IMG/VR virus record: IMGVR_UViG_3300045988_014506 | Origin: a virus | DNA: 50,496 nucleotides | Strand: one strand, 5' to 3' | Shown here: in pieces, positions 36,636 to 45,781 of the stretch | Layout: each line of letters starts with the position of its first letter | How positions within the stretch are numbered: the first letter of the stretch is position 1 | Notes under the pieces: generated by a model | What the model was told of the DNA's origin: nothing | Databases searched by the model: none | The model's input: the letters and a program-made list of their open reading frames with translations, nothing else | Made by a program: the position numbers and the translations under genes

Positions 36636-37277
36636 TTATAACCCCCTAAGTTCATTTAGCATAGCTGCATAAACTTTATCTTCTTTTGCATACATCTCAT
36701 CTAACCTGCTTGCTTCAATAATCTTTCTTCTCTCAGCCATCTCTTTCTTAAGTTTTTCTTTTCTTTTTCTTCTATCAACTCTATCCATATAATCGGATAA
36801 GTCAACTTTACAGATAACTTCTTGATTAATATCCAATCTAACTTCGTCCACACTCTTTATATCTGCTATAAAGCATAACTTACCTTCAGCTACTCCTGTA
36901 ACTAATACATAGTCACTAACCTTAATGGTATCATCATATAGAGCATAAGCATATGTCTTGTCCGAACCATCAATACTTACCATTGCTACTTTATTATATC
37001 CTTCTAACTTAATATTCATCTTATTACCCTCCTTATTATTAATTTCTTCTAAATTTTCAGGATTAAACCAAAAGCATCCATAACTAGATGCTTCATTATT
37101 TACACCATCTACGTCTACACCAACCTTTATTCCAGAAACTCTAACAACGGTACCTTCTTTACCTACCAGACTTCTGTAGTGACTATTATGAGACACACAT
37201 CTATGAGGTAAATCTAATATTCTAACACGTTGTCCTTCATTAGGGTCTGGACCAAGATTTAACCTAATATTATACAT
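36636..37277 (-). CDS. hypothetical protein (213 aa)
   Basis: Start moved to the ATG at 37277 (MYNIRLN), preceded by AAGGAGG. Confidence 0.6.
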   Translation of the reverse strand: MYNIRLNLGPDPNEGQRVRILDLPHRCVSHNSHYRSLVGKEGTVVRVSGIKVGVDVDGVNNEASSYGCFWFNPENLEEINNKEGNKMNIKLEGYNKVAMVSIDGSDKTYAYALYDDTIKVSDYVLVTGVAEGKLCFIADIKSVDEVRLDINQEVICKVDLSDYMDRVDRRKRKEKLKKEMAERRKIIEASRLDEMYAKEDKVYAAMLNELRGL

Positions 37278-37290
37278 AACTGTAACCTCC

Positions 37291-37575
37291 TTATTTATCA
37301 ATTACCACTTTTATAAATCCTTTAAGCGTCTTATTACCAGTCATAGTATTCACACCTACATCCCAATGGATATGTGGTAAGAGCATATCTCCCAGACGTC
37401 TTGCTATATCTCTTTTTATACAATCTACTGGTATTCTTTCTTCAAGGTCAAGTGAGTATCCAAACTCAGTAATATTTTTTTCTAATATATTTATAGTAGG
37501 TTTTGAACAGTCTAGCATACCCTCAAGGTATGCTATCCTATTCCTAAGTTGCTTCTTTGATTGCCATTTCTTCAT
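37291..37575 (-). CDS. hypothetical protein (94 aa)
   Basis: The track ORF extends to 37767, overlapping the upstream gene. The ATG at 37575 (MKKWQSK) follows AAGGAGGG. Confidence 0.55.
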   Translation of the reverse strand: MKKWQSKKQLRNRIAYLEGMLDCSKPTINILEKNITEFGYSLDLEERIPVDCIKRDIARRLGDMLLPHIHWDVGVNTMTGNKTLKGFIKVVIDK

Positions 37576-37588
37576 ATATAATCCCTCC

Positions 37589-38242
37589 TTAGCATCCAAT
37601 CTGTCTAGCAGACATAGCTGATTTTCCTTCCTGCTTTCCTTCATACATTGCTTGTTTAGTATGACCGTATGTTCTTCCATTACTTCTAATACTAATAGAA
37701 GTGTTTTTTGTGCCAAAATCTTTAGAATATTCAGCATAGCTTTCCTTAACTTCTTCAGGTATAACAATCATAAGAGCGGTACACTGTGCATCCAATGCTT
37801 CTTTAACACCAGAAGTAAAACCATAAGTAAAAGAATTATAAACTCCAGAAGCACTTCCTACTTCTTTCTTAACTTTACGAGTATAAGCATTAGCTTTCTT
37901 ATCACCTACCTTATATAGGTATTCAAAAGTTGAGCAAGCTACTTCAGTATCTGTCTCATACCCATAAAAGTAAATTCTTCTTCCACACATAAACATCTGG
38001 CATCTAAAATTTCTAGCTATTACTGATGCTAGTGAATACTTCCATTTTGCCAAACCCACATCAGTAAACTTTTCTACAATATTCTCAGAAGTTTCATCAT
38101 TAATATCTGATTCTTTAATATTGTACTTTGCTAATAATTCTTGTGCTTTCAGTGCTGCTGCCTTTGCTTCTTCTTCGGATGGATTATTCTTTGATAATTC
38201 CAATACCTTCTTAATTGTTGCAATAATTTTCTCATTCTTCAT
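37589..38242 (-). CDS. DUF2786-like protein
   Basis: 217 aa. The N-terminus IATIKKVLELSKNNPSEEEAKAAALKAQELLAKYNI matches the DUF2786 pattern. First gene after an early cassette. Confidence 0.55.
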   Translation of the reverse strand: MKNEKIIATIKKVLELSKNNPSEEEAKAAALKAQELLAKYNIKESDINDETSENIVEKFTDVGLAKWKYSLASVIARNFRCQMFMCGRRIYFYGYETDTEVACSTFEYLYKVGDKKANAYTRKVKKEVGSASGVYNSFTYGFTSGVKEALDAQCTALMIVIPEEVKESYAEYSKDFGTKNTSISIRSNGRTYGHTKQAMYEGKQEGKSAMSARQIGC

Positions 38243-38334
38243 AAGAACACCTCCATATATTTAATATTTATTACTACTTTATTGTAACACATAAATCTGG
38301 AAAGTGCAATAGGTTTTTTAAAATTTGTAGAAAA
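38243..38334 (-). promoter_or_regulatory. Early promoter cassette, copy 4
   Basis: Minus strand: TTGCAC (38304-38309), 17 nt, TACAAT (38281-38286) with TGT extension. The core is identical to the other copies. Confidence 0.75.
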
Positions 38335-39279
38335 TTACTGCAGACAACTAACAACTAAGTAGTCTAAAGCCACGTCTTCGTCAATCAAACCTTTCTTTAT
38401 ACCACTTTCAACTTCTTGGCATATAATCATATTTCTGACTAGTTCTTTATTACTATAACCACCTATATTTTTCTTAACTTGCTGTATTTGCCATCCAGTT
38501 AAACCTGTTCTAATACCTGGATTAGATTTGTCTTTTCCGAGTCCTTGGTAAGCTAGCATATTTCTAAAACCATTATATAAGATACTTGCTATTACCATTG
38601 AAGGTTCATTCTTAAGTTTTGCTTCTTGTAATACTTTACCTGCTTTTTCTAAGTCGCCATAAAGTACGGCATCTGTAAGTTCAAAAGTTATATCTCCTAT
38701 ATCTGCATAGATAGCATCTTGGTTTATTAGCATAGCAAAAGCATCAACGGCCTTAAGTTTTGTGGCATTCATATAATGAGTTATCTTATCACACTCTAAT
38801 AGTATCCTGCCATAATCATTACCACACATATTGCATAGTTTCTCCGCATTATTCTCGGGTAGCTCTGGGATTATATTAAGTATATAGTTAATTAATACAC
38901 TGGTATCTAATTTATTGAACTCTACACAGATTTCTTTATTTCTTGTATAGAATTTTCTAGTTTTATTAATATTAGCATACCGAAGTATAAGTATATGCTT
39001 ACTGGAATTAACTATATCTTTCACACTTTCCCATTTATCTTCTTTATTTGTATATTCAGAATCTTCAGTAACCACATAAGCTTTAACTGACTTGTCCAAA
39101 GATTTCTTATCAATACGACTTAGTACAGAAGATACATTATCACAGTGCACTATCTTATATCCAATATCTGCAATCTTACTAAGGTATATATCTAATATCT
39201 TTTGCTCTTCTCCAAACCATATAGAATACTTAGGCGGATTACTATTAGATATTGATTGCATAAGTTTTACTAATTCCAT
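38335..39279 (-). CDS. Clamp loader delta-subunit-like protein (putative)
   Basis: 314 aa. The N-terminus PKYSIWFGEEQKILDIY resembles HolA (YLLYGEE.fL). Lies in an operon with the DnaX-like and delta-prime-like genes. Confidence 0.5.
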   Translation of the reverse strand: MELVKLMQSISNSNPPKYSIWFGEEQKILDIYLSKIADIGYKIVHCDNVSSVLSRIDKKSLDKSVKAYVVTEDSEYTNKEDKWESVKDIVNSSKHILILRYANINKTRKFYTRNKEICVEFNKLDTSVLINYILNIIPELPENNAEKLCNMCGNDYGRILLECDKITHYMNATKLKAVDAFAMLINQDAIYADIGDITFELTDAVLYGDLEKAGKVLQEAKLKNEPSMVIASILYNGFRNMLAYQGLGKDKSNPGIRTGLTGWQIQQVKKNIGGYSNKELVRNMIICQEVESGIKKGLIDEDVALDYLVVSCLQ

Positions 39280-39635
39280 TAGAATAGCCTCCTTTTAGTC
39301 ACTTTACTAGGTTTTTTAGTTTCTTTTTTCTTTCCAATTCCTGTAATATGCTGAGCAATATTCTTTAGATATGCTTTATCTTTATCATTAAGTCTACTAT
39401 ATAAGTCAAACCCAGTTGTTCCATCAAAATCATACATAACATACCCATACTGAGTATTACTAATATCTGGATAATCTTTCTGCATATCAACAAGTTGTCT
39501 ACTTAATTCATCATACTCTCTATCTGTCATCTTAGAAGTGTTCAGCTCATAGTATATTATAGAATTTATTATTACTTTTCTTTGTAAAAAATCTATCTTA
39601 TCTTTATCAGTCCATCTTCTTGGAAATTTCTGCAC
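39279..39635 (-). CDS. small protein with NAD-ligase Ia-domain-like motif and basic ..RRLF C-terminus
   Basis: 118 aa. IIYYELNTSKMTDREYDELSRQLVDMQKDYP parallels the LigA N-terminal YY..D.P.I.D.EYD.L..EL..LE...P. Ends PSKVTKRRLF. GTG start follows GGAGG. Confidence 0.45.
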   Translation of the reverse strand: MQKFPRRWTDKDKIDFLQRKVIINSIIYYELNTSKMTDREYDELSRQLVDMQKDYPDISNTQYGYVMYDFDGTTGFDLYSRLNDKDKAYLKNIAQHITGIGKKKETKKPSKVTKRRLF

Positions 39636-40419
39636 TCTTAAATACCTCCAGAATCTTTATAAGCATACATTCTATACTAGCTTTCTTATTTATACTTTTA
39701 CTTGTGAGTTCTCTTTTACACTTCTCAATATGAGTAAGACACTCTAAGTATATATATAAACTACTTATATTACTTTCTATAAGATTTTCAAATACAGATA
39801 GAAACAAACTACAATCTAACTTATCAGTTTCTGCTTCTTTGGACTTTAGTTTAGTACAAGCTTTTAGTATCTTTGTTCCGGACTTACTAACTAATCCATC
39901 TATAACTTCATTTACCGTGGTCTCTGCCGTCAGAATCTGCATTCTATCTAAGTTTTTACATTTACCTGGTGTATTACAATACTTAATAACCAAGTCGTCA
40001 GATGTAAAGGTTTTCAACTGTTCTTTAGTATATGGTTGCATCTTAATAAGCGTACCTCTACTCTTTATGGTATCAAGTGTACCATCAATACTTTTAAGAG
40101 TCATAATAAAATATGCTTTATTTGGAGGTTCTTCAACAACCTTAAGTAAAGAATTCTTAGCATTTAAAGACATATCATCTGCATTTCTGAATATATAGAC
40201 AGTAGTTGACTGCACATTATACGCATTTTCTATAGTTTTTCTAACATCATCAATACTATTTCCTACAATAACTCCGGTAGCATTTAGAATCTTGATTATA
40301 CTTTTTGCTAATGTTAGTCTACCGCTGCCTTCTTCTCCTTCAATTAATATAAATCTAGGTACTGATTTTTTTAGTCTCCAGTTAACTAGCATATTAGTAT
40401 TCTTTTCTTGTCCTACCAT
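39607..40419 (-). CDS. Clamp loader delta-prime-like AAA+ protein (putative)
   Basis: 270 aa. Degenerate P-loop GEEGSGRLTLA, and LLKVVEEPP (the sensor-region pattern shared by the DnaX/HolB family). Confidence 0.55.
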   Translation of the reverse strand: MVGQEKNTNMLVNWRLKKSVPRFILIEGEEGSGRLTLAKSIIKILNATGVIVGNSIDDVRKTIENAYNVQSTTVYIFRNADDMSLNAKNSLLKVVEEPPNKAYFIMTLKSIDGTLDTIKSRGTLIKMQPYTKEQLKTFTSDDLVIKYCNTPGKCKNLDRMQILTAETTVNEVIDGLVSKSGTKILKACTKLKSKEAETDKLDCSLFLSVFENLIESNISSLYIYLECLTHIEKCKRELTSKSINKKASIECMLIKILEVFKSAEISKKMD

Positions 40420-40425
40420 ATGCTA

Positions 40426-41448
40426 CTACACTCCTTCCTTGCAATATAACACTAATCCCATCTGCACCAAAGTTTTTGGGTCAGCATCATACTTTATCTG
40501 ATTATTTATATCCATTATAGTACGCATTACTGAGAATGTACTATCACTATCTAATGATTTTAATTCTTCTTCCATCTCATTGGTTGCGGGTATTGTTAGA
40601 TAATCCATATTCTTAAATATAGCATATTTCTGGCAATCTAAAATGAACTTAGAAAATTCTTTCATAAACTGCTTTATATCTTTGCCATCAGCAAACACAT
40701 TATCTATAATCTCAATACAAGTTAAATCTCTGCTACATAATCCTTTTAATAACTTAAAGAATGTGCTATAATCTTCACTTCCCACAACTTTTAGTACATT
40801 ATCTAAGGTCAGATGATTAGACAAAGATAAACACTTATCCATCATAGTTATAGCATCACGCATTCCGCCATTGGCAATCTTAGCTATATAAGATACGGCT
40901 TCTGGATGAACTTCACCACCTACTTCTAACTCATTATGTAGTATAGTATGTAACCTATCTTCAATACCAGAATTACTAATCTTATTAAACTGATATCTTT
41001 GTACTCTGCTCATAATAGTGGCAGGAATCTTCTGTGGGTCGGTCGTACACAAGATAAATATACTATACTTTGGTGGTTCTTCTAACAACTTTAGCATTGC
41101 TTGCCAGGCTCCACTACTAAGCGAGTGACACTCATCTATAATATATATCTTATACTCAGCATCCAAGGCTTTCTTCTTGCTATCATCAATAATATGCCTA
41201 ATATTATCCACACCACTATTAGAAGCTGCATCCACTTCTATCGGGTTTCCTTTATTCTGGTTTATCATATCAGCAAATATTCTAGCAGATGTTGTCTTAC
41301 CTGTTCCTGCTGGACCTGTAAATAAATAAGCGTGCTGGAATGTCTTAGTCTTAATCTGCTCTTCTAATATATCTTTTATTGCTGACTGCTCAGTCAAGTC
41401 ATCAAATGTTCTAGGTCTGTACTTAACTGCTAAACTTGTTCTTGCCAT
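40426..41448 (-). CDS. dnaX: Clamp loader ATPase (DNA polymerase III gamma/tau, DnaX-like)
   Basis: 340 aa. KYRPRTFDDL, GPAGTGKTT, IIDECHSLS, LLKLLEEPP, SRVQRYQF (SRC motif). Confidence 0.85.
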   Translation of the reverse strand: MARTSLAVKYRPRTFDDLTEQSAIKDILEEQIKTKTFQHAYLFTGPAGTGKTTSARIFADMINQNKGNPIEVDAASNSGVDNIRHIIDDSKKKALDAEYKIYIIDECHSLSSGAWQAMLKLLEEPPKYSIFILCTTDPQKIPATIMSRVQRYQFNKISNSGIEDRLHTILHNELEVGGEVHPEAVSYIAKIANGGMRDAITMMDKCLSLSNHLTLDNVLKVVGSEDYSTFFKLLKGLCSRDLTCIEIIDNVFADGKDIKQFMKEFSKFILDCQKYAIFKNMDYLTIPATNEMEEELKSLDSDSTFSVMRTIMDINNQIKYDADPKTLVQMGLVLYCKEGV

Positions 41449-41450
41449 AA

Positions 41451-41825
41451 CTAAATATCTCCCTTCTGTCTATTGTTTGCTTTATGAATATCAAAACCTT
41501 CTGGGTATCGTGCTTTTAACTTATCTATATTCATTTCCATAATAGTATCCAAGTCATAACCGCAAGCGTGGCACATTAAAGCTAAATACCAAAGTATATC
41601 TCCCATTTCTTTCTTAAAATGTGCTTCATCCATGGGTGTTCCGTGATAGATAAATTTCTTTACCATATCATTAAGTTCACCTACTTCACCAGAAAGACCT
41701 AATGAAGCATTTAAAACTTCACTTATGTCTACAAGCATATTACTATCAATCTTGCTTTGTAGTCTTTCCTTACATCTTCCATCATTAGTTCTCATTGCTA
41801 ATTCTACATATTCCTTGCCAGTCAT
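41451..41825 (-). CDS. mazG: MazG-like nucleoside triphosphate pyrophosphohydrolase
   Basis: 124 aa. LGLSGEVGELND and EMGDILWYL motifs. Confidence 0.8.
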   Translation of the reverse strand: MTGKEYVELAMRTNDGRCKERLQSKIDSNMLVDISEVLNASLGLSGEVGELNDMVKKFIYHGTPMDEAHFKKEMGDILWYLALMCHACGYDLDTIMEMNIDKLKARYPEGFDIHKANNRQKGDI

Positions 41826-42034
41826 TATTTATTCCTCCTTCTATTCTTTAAACACTGGTCTATTGTGAACTGTCTAGCTGAGTCAGACAATTCTCTACTT
41901 AATTTAACTTGATAATTAAAATCTGATATATCTTTCTTATACTTCTGATATTCAGTACAAGTACTGTGACAACCCACAAATCTATCTTCGCAATCCTTAC
42001 AAGGAGCCACAGGTTTTTTCTTAATAATTTCCAT
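41825..42034 (-). CDS. small Cys-rich protein (69 aa)
   Basis: CKDCEDRFVGCHSTC. ORF track. Confidence 0.5.
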   Translation of the reverse strand: MEIIKKKPVAPCKDCEDRFVGCHSTCTEYQKYKKDISDFNYQVKLSRELSDSARQFTIDQCLKNRRRNK

Positions 42035-42368
42035 AGTATTCTTCCTGCCTATGTCTTAAGTATTCCAGAAACTGCTTCTCAGTTAGCACATAATAATTTT
42101 CTCCTTCTGGTTCAAATTGAAAAGCCAAAACACTTTCATCCATACCTTGCTCAAATGCTTGCTCAAATGCTTTATCTATCCAATCTTTCTTAACTGAAAA
42201 AGAACCTTGCTTTCTAGTAAGAGTCTTTGCTTCAATAAGTATAGGTTCCGCTATAACATCACCTCCGCCGAATTTTGTACCACCTGAATTTGGTGTTACT
42301 GCACCACCAGTTACTCGAGCAATATGCTTTTCCTGCTTATCACTATAATACCTTGTTGACTTATCCAT
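42021..42368 (-). CDS. PD-(D/E)xK-fold nuclease (putative resolvase-like)
   Basis: 115 aa. GGDV...LIEAK fits D-x(n)-E-x-K. Confidence 0.4.
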   Translation of the reverse strand: MDKSTRYYSDKQEKHIARVTGGAVTPNSGGTKFGGGDVIAEPILIEAKTLTRKQGSFSVKKDWIDKAFEQAFEQGMDESVLAFQFEPEGENYYVLTEKQFLEYLRHRQEEYYGNY

Positions 42369-42386
42369 ACTTTTTATTCTCCTTAT

Positions 42387-42620
42387 CTACCATATATATC
42401 TTTTTGCATATTCAGCAACAGACATATCTAACTCTCTAGCATTCTTATTAATACAACCAATACAGAGTAAGTCTTTACCTTTATTAGAATAACTATCATC
42501 AAGAGTAACTTTAGTTCCGCATTGCTTACATATAAATTTCTTATCCGGATTGTTATAACCGTTATGGAATAGATTTATATTATGCTTATCTATATCCAAC
42601 TTAAACTTAACATCTATCAT
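42387..42620 (-). CDS. small zinc-ribbon protein (77 aa)
   Basis: CKQCG...CIGC. Confidence 0.5.
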   Translation of the reverse strand: MIDVKFKLDIDKHNINLFHNGYNNPDKKFICKQCGTKVTLDDSYSNKGKDLLCIGCINKNARELDMSVAEYAKRYIW

Positions 42621-43154
42621 TTATATCTCCTCCCATTTCTTTATTGCTGACTTTATAACCCAACCTTTCCAAGTTACACTTCCTATCTGCTCAACTAAGA
42701 TATTCCACTTTTCTTTTGCTTCTTCTTCAGTTTCAATTCTTAATATACCAGCTTTTGCACTACATTCTGGTCCTATACCATATAACTTCGAGATTGGATT
42801 ACTAAGAGTTCTTCCACAGCACATACAGATTGAAGTTGGTTCAGCTTTACCTTGTAATTCCATCTGGTACATACCTCTAGTCTCTTTTATAACTCTGCCT
42901 TGCATAACTACAAGTGGCATAGGTTTATCATCATTCCATTTAGTATGGAAATCAAATGTAGTAGTTGCTGGCTCAGTCATATACTTCTTTACTTGAATCT
43001 TATAAGTATTACCAACAGTCATCTTATTAACTGGACATAATAATGAACTATCTTTTTCTTTGCCATCACTACTTGGAAGTACAATCTTAAATTCTTTACC
43101 AAGTTCAAATGACTGTTCTTTGAATCTATGAATCTGACTAAATACACTAATCAC
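42621..43154 (-). CDS. hypothetical protein with C-terminal CxxCGR (DUF6011-like) motif
   Basis: 177 aa. CMCCGRTLSNPISKLYGIGPEC. GTG start overlaps the upstream TGA (GTGA) and follows GGAGG. Confidence 0.55.
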   Translation of the reverse strand: MISVFSQIHRFKEQSFELGKEFKIVLPSSDGKEKDSSLLCPVNKMTVGNTYKIQVKKYMTEPATTTFDFHTKWNDDKPMPLVVMQGRVIKETRGMYQMELQGKAEPTSICMCCGRTLSNPISKLYGIGPECSAKAGILRIETEEEAKEKWNILVEQIGSVTWKGWVIKSAIKKWEEI

Positions 43155-43327
43155 GGATTATACCTCCTTCCATATTTCCAAATTCTTTCAAGTTCAACAA
43201 TAACAATATCTAATAATACTATAAGTACTAAACTATAAAGTATTCTTCCAACACCCATTGGAATTGACCAACCGTCCATCATATTTAATATAACTATTAA
43301 TAATGTTGATATAATAAAATTCTTCAT
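43151..43327 (-). CDS. small membrane protein (58 aa)
   Basis: Hand-translated: MKNFIISTLLIVILNMMDGWSIPMGVGRILYSLVLIVLLDIVIVELERIWKYGRRYNP. AAGGAG lies 7 nt upstream. Confidence 0.45.
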   Translation of the reverse strand: MKNFIISTLLIVILNMMDGWSIPMGVGRILYSLVLIVLLDIVIVELERIWKYGRRYNP

Positions 43328-43342
43328 CTGTAGACTCCTTTA

Positions 43343-43648
43343 TTACTTATACTCCATACAACACTTCTGGTCATTCCAATAATGTACTTTACTAACTATA
43401 AGATTATCACGGTTGCTCACTTTTGTACTTACAAAGTAGTCATTCTTATTAGCTTTGCCAATAGTATTGAGATTTAAGTCTGTCTTAACAATAGTTCCAC
43501 TATCTGTTGTAACTACAACTTGTGTCTTTGTAAATTTTGTTATTGTTCCAAACTCACCAAATATAGTATGTCCGGAACCACACCGTGCAACAAGCACTTT
43601 CTGTCCAAGTTCTATTTCTTCAAACCTTCCACAATTAAAAATCTTCAT
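43343..43648 (-). CDS. hypothetical protein (101 aa), first gene after an early cassette
   Basis: The track ORF runs upstream through the promoter. The real start is taken as the ATG at 43648 (MKIFNCGRF), 6 nt after GGAGGTG. Confidence 0.6.
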   Translation of the reverse strand: MKIFNCGRFEEIELGQKVLVARCGSGHTIFGEFGTITKFTKTQVVVTTDSGTIVKTDLNLNTIGKANKNDYFVSTKVSNRDNLIVSKVHYWNDQKCCMEYK

Positions 43649-43736
43649 AATATGCACCTCCATATATTTAATATTTATTACTATTTCATTGTAACACATA
43701 AATCTGGAAAGTGCAATAGGTTTTTTAAAATTTATT
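43649..43736 (-). promoter_or_regulatory. Early promoter cassette, copy 5
   Basis: Minus strand: TTGCAC (43711-43716), 17 nt, TACAAT (43688-43693) with TGT extension. Leader ATGGAGGTGCATATTATG. Confidence 0.75.
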
Positions 43737-43769
43737 AAAAAAAAATAAAGCAGGATAATCTCCTGCTTT
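43737..43769 (-). terminator. Rho-independent terminator
   Basis: Stem AAAGCAGGA (43747-43755) / TCCTGCTTT (43761-43769) with a 5-nt loop. Followed on the minus strand by ATTTTTTTTT. Lies directly after the recA-like stop. Confidence 0.8.
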
Positions 43770-43772
43770 ATA

Positions 43773-44804
43773 TTACTGTAAATCTTCAATCCCTGATGCT
43801 ATATAATCTGCAATATCTGGATTTTCTTTAATATATTCCAAGAATTTAGGTTTACCTTGTAACTTAATAAGTTCCCCATCTGGGTCTTGCAATACCTCAC
43901 TTGTTTCTGTGTCAAGCAAACTATACCAAGCTCCACTCTGAACTATCAATCCTACCTTTATACCTACATCAAACATATCTGAGATATAGTCTATTCCAGT
44001 AAGATATCTAAGTGTGTAGAATCCTACTTTTCTATCAGGTGGACAAACTTTAGATTTATCAAGTGAGACATTAACTATATTTCCTGCTGGATTCTCACAA
44101 GCTCTGGAAAGTGCATTGCCATTATTATCTATAAAATTGCCTTTCCTAAATGATAATCTAGTAGTACAGCTATGTCTCCAAGCTCTTCCTCCTGTGGTAG
44201 TTGTGCCACCATACATAGAATTCATATCATCTCTAATCTGGTTTATACCAATAAAGGCAGTGTGGGTTCTAGCAAGGATAGGTGTTATCTTCTTAGAAAA
44301 CTCTGTTAAACTCATACTGATACCACCATAAGTTCTCTCCCCTATCTCTTTCTCATTAGCTTGCATACTTACCATTGCTCCTATAGAGTCTAGTATAGCT
44401 AATGATATCTCACCACTATCTATAATCTCTATTAGAGTATTAAATACTTCTTCTGCTCCCATACTATCTGGGTCAAAGTAAAGTATATTCTCTACATCAA
44501 CACCCAACTTGGTTGCCCAAACTGGGTCAAAAGTATGTTCTATATCACAGACAAGTACTTTTTTATCTGGGAATAACTTCTGAGCTTGACCCGCTAAATC
44601 AAGTGCAGTAGTTGTCTTACCAGAACCATCCGCACCACTAAATTCTGCAATCCTTCCCAATGGTATACCACCATAAGTCATATAGTTTAATCTACAACTG
44701 GAAAAAGGTATTTTCTTGATATCTTGGAATTCTACACCTAACTGTATGTTTCCTATCTTCATTTTTCTATTAAGATTTTTTATAATACTATCTAATTCGC
44801 TCAT
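43773..44804 (-). CDS. RecA-family recombinase
   Basis: 343 aa. GRIAEFSGADGSGKTT (Walker A), AILDSIGAM (Walker B region). RecA-like length. Confidence 0.8.
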   Translation of the reverse strand: MSELDSIIKNLNRKMKIGNIQLGVEFQDIKKIPFSSCRLNYMTYGGIPLGRIAEFSGADGSGKTTTALDLAGQAQKLFPDKKVLVCDIEHTFDPVWATKLGVDVENILYFDPDSMGAEEVFNTLIEIIDSGEISLAILDSIGAMVSMQANEKEIGERTYGGISMSLTEFSKKITPILARTHTAFIGINQIRDDMNSMYGGTTTTGGRAWRHSCTTRLSFRKGNFIDNNGNALSRACENPAGNIVNVSLDKSKVCPPDRKVGFYTLRYLTGIDYISDMFDVGIKVGLIVQSGAWYSLLDTETSEVLQDPDGELIKLQGKPKFLEYIKENPDIADYIASGIEDLQ

Positions 44805-45321
44805 CTGGTTGTCCTCCCATATACCTTGATTGAGATAATTCCATCTCAGTTATACGCTTATTCATAACTTTCTTAAGAGAATTTAGCATCTCATAACCTG
44901 CTTCTACTTTTAACTTAACTTTCTTATATGCTCTACTATATATTGCCAATGTTATAGTTTCGGTTTGAGATGCTAATGTGCCTGCCATATCTTTATCAGC
45001 AACAGTTCCTTTTGCTTGCTCTCTTGCTTTATTAAATACTTCTTGTCTTATAGCTTTACAAGTATCTTCTTTTATACCTAAATCTTCTTGTGCTGAGCAC
45101 GCAAAATATAAGGAATTAGCAAGGTCTAATATTAAGTGTTCCAAAGTATCATCACTTATAATTTCTTGCGAATTTAACCGGTTTCTGATGGTATCTAACT
45201 GGTTATCTAAATCAGACAAGTATTTATTAGTCAAGTGTTCTGACACTTCTGCTACAATCTTAGAAGTATTATCTACTTTTATCATAACTTTATCTGTTTC
45301 TGATACATTCCTTCTACTCAT
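44788..45321 (-). CDS. hypothetical helical protein (177 aa)
   Basis: ORF track. SD AAGGAG. Lies next to the recombinase, so a mediator role is possible but unsupported. Confidence 0.55.
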   Translation of the reverse strand: MSRRNVSETDKVMIKVDNTSKIVAEVSEHLTNKYLSDLDNQLDTIRNRLNSQEIISDDTLEHLILDLANSLYFACSAQEDLGIKEDTCKAIRQEVFNKAREQAKGTVADKDMAGTLASQTETITLAIYSRAYKKVKLKVEAGYEMLNSLKKVMNKRITEMELSQSRYMGGQPDERIR

Positions 45322-45776
45322 AATCTTCTCCTTGCATATTCTGCCATAAGCATAGACTCTGCTATTCCATCATCATCTTTCTTACACCTTTCGGTTCTTT
45401 TTAAAGAAATGTTAGGAAAAAGTCTTCTAGCACAATCAATAGAAGTATTCTTATTTGAAGTCACACTAAATTCTTTTTTCCATTTTTGCGGTGGTACTAA
45501 TTGGAAAGGTATTCCAAAAGATTTTAGTACACCTTGTATAAACCCAAAGTTCTGTCCAAAGTTAAACATTGAAGTAACACCTTGACCTGGCATAGCATTA
45601 ACTTTTTCCAAGCAACACTTAACTTCTTCGCCACATAACTCCTTACATATATTAATAAGTACCTCTTCATCAAATGGTTTAGAATCTATGTATATCTTTC
45701 CATTATCAGATAACTGGTTCATAACAGTTATAGCTCCACTTTTTCCAGGGTCTATTCCCATATAATAATAACTCAT
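45318..45776 (-). CDS. RuvC-like Holliday junction resolvase
   Basis: 152 aa. N-terminal MGIDPGKSGA (catalytic Asp motif). Confidence 0.65.
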   Translation of the reverse strand: MSYYYMGIDPGKSGAITVMNQLSDNGKIYIDSKPFDEEVLINICKELCGEEVKCCLEKVNAMPGQGVTSMFNFGQNFGFIQGVLKSFGIPFQLVPPQKWKKEFSVTSNKNTSIDCARRLFPNISLKRTERCKKDDDGIAESMLMAEYARRRL

Positions 45777-45781
45777 AACTA

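Noticed and set aside
37576-37767. The upstream part of track ORF 37291-37767
   Set aside because: It overlaps the 3' end of the DUF2786-like gene in another frame. An SD-served ATG at 37575 gives a non-overlapping gene.
43649-43789. The long N-terminal extension of track ORF 43343-43789 (and the similar MEVHI/MHI extensions at 12333 and 50432)
   Set aside because: The extension reads through the promoter cassette itself. The SD GGAGGTG is positioned for the downstream ATG.
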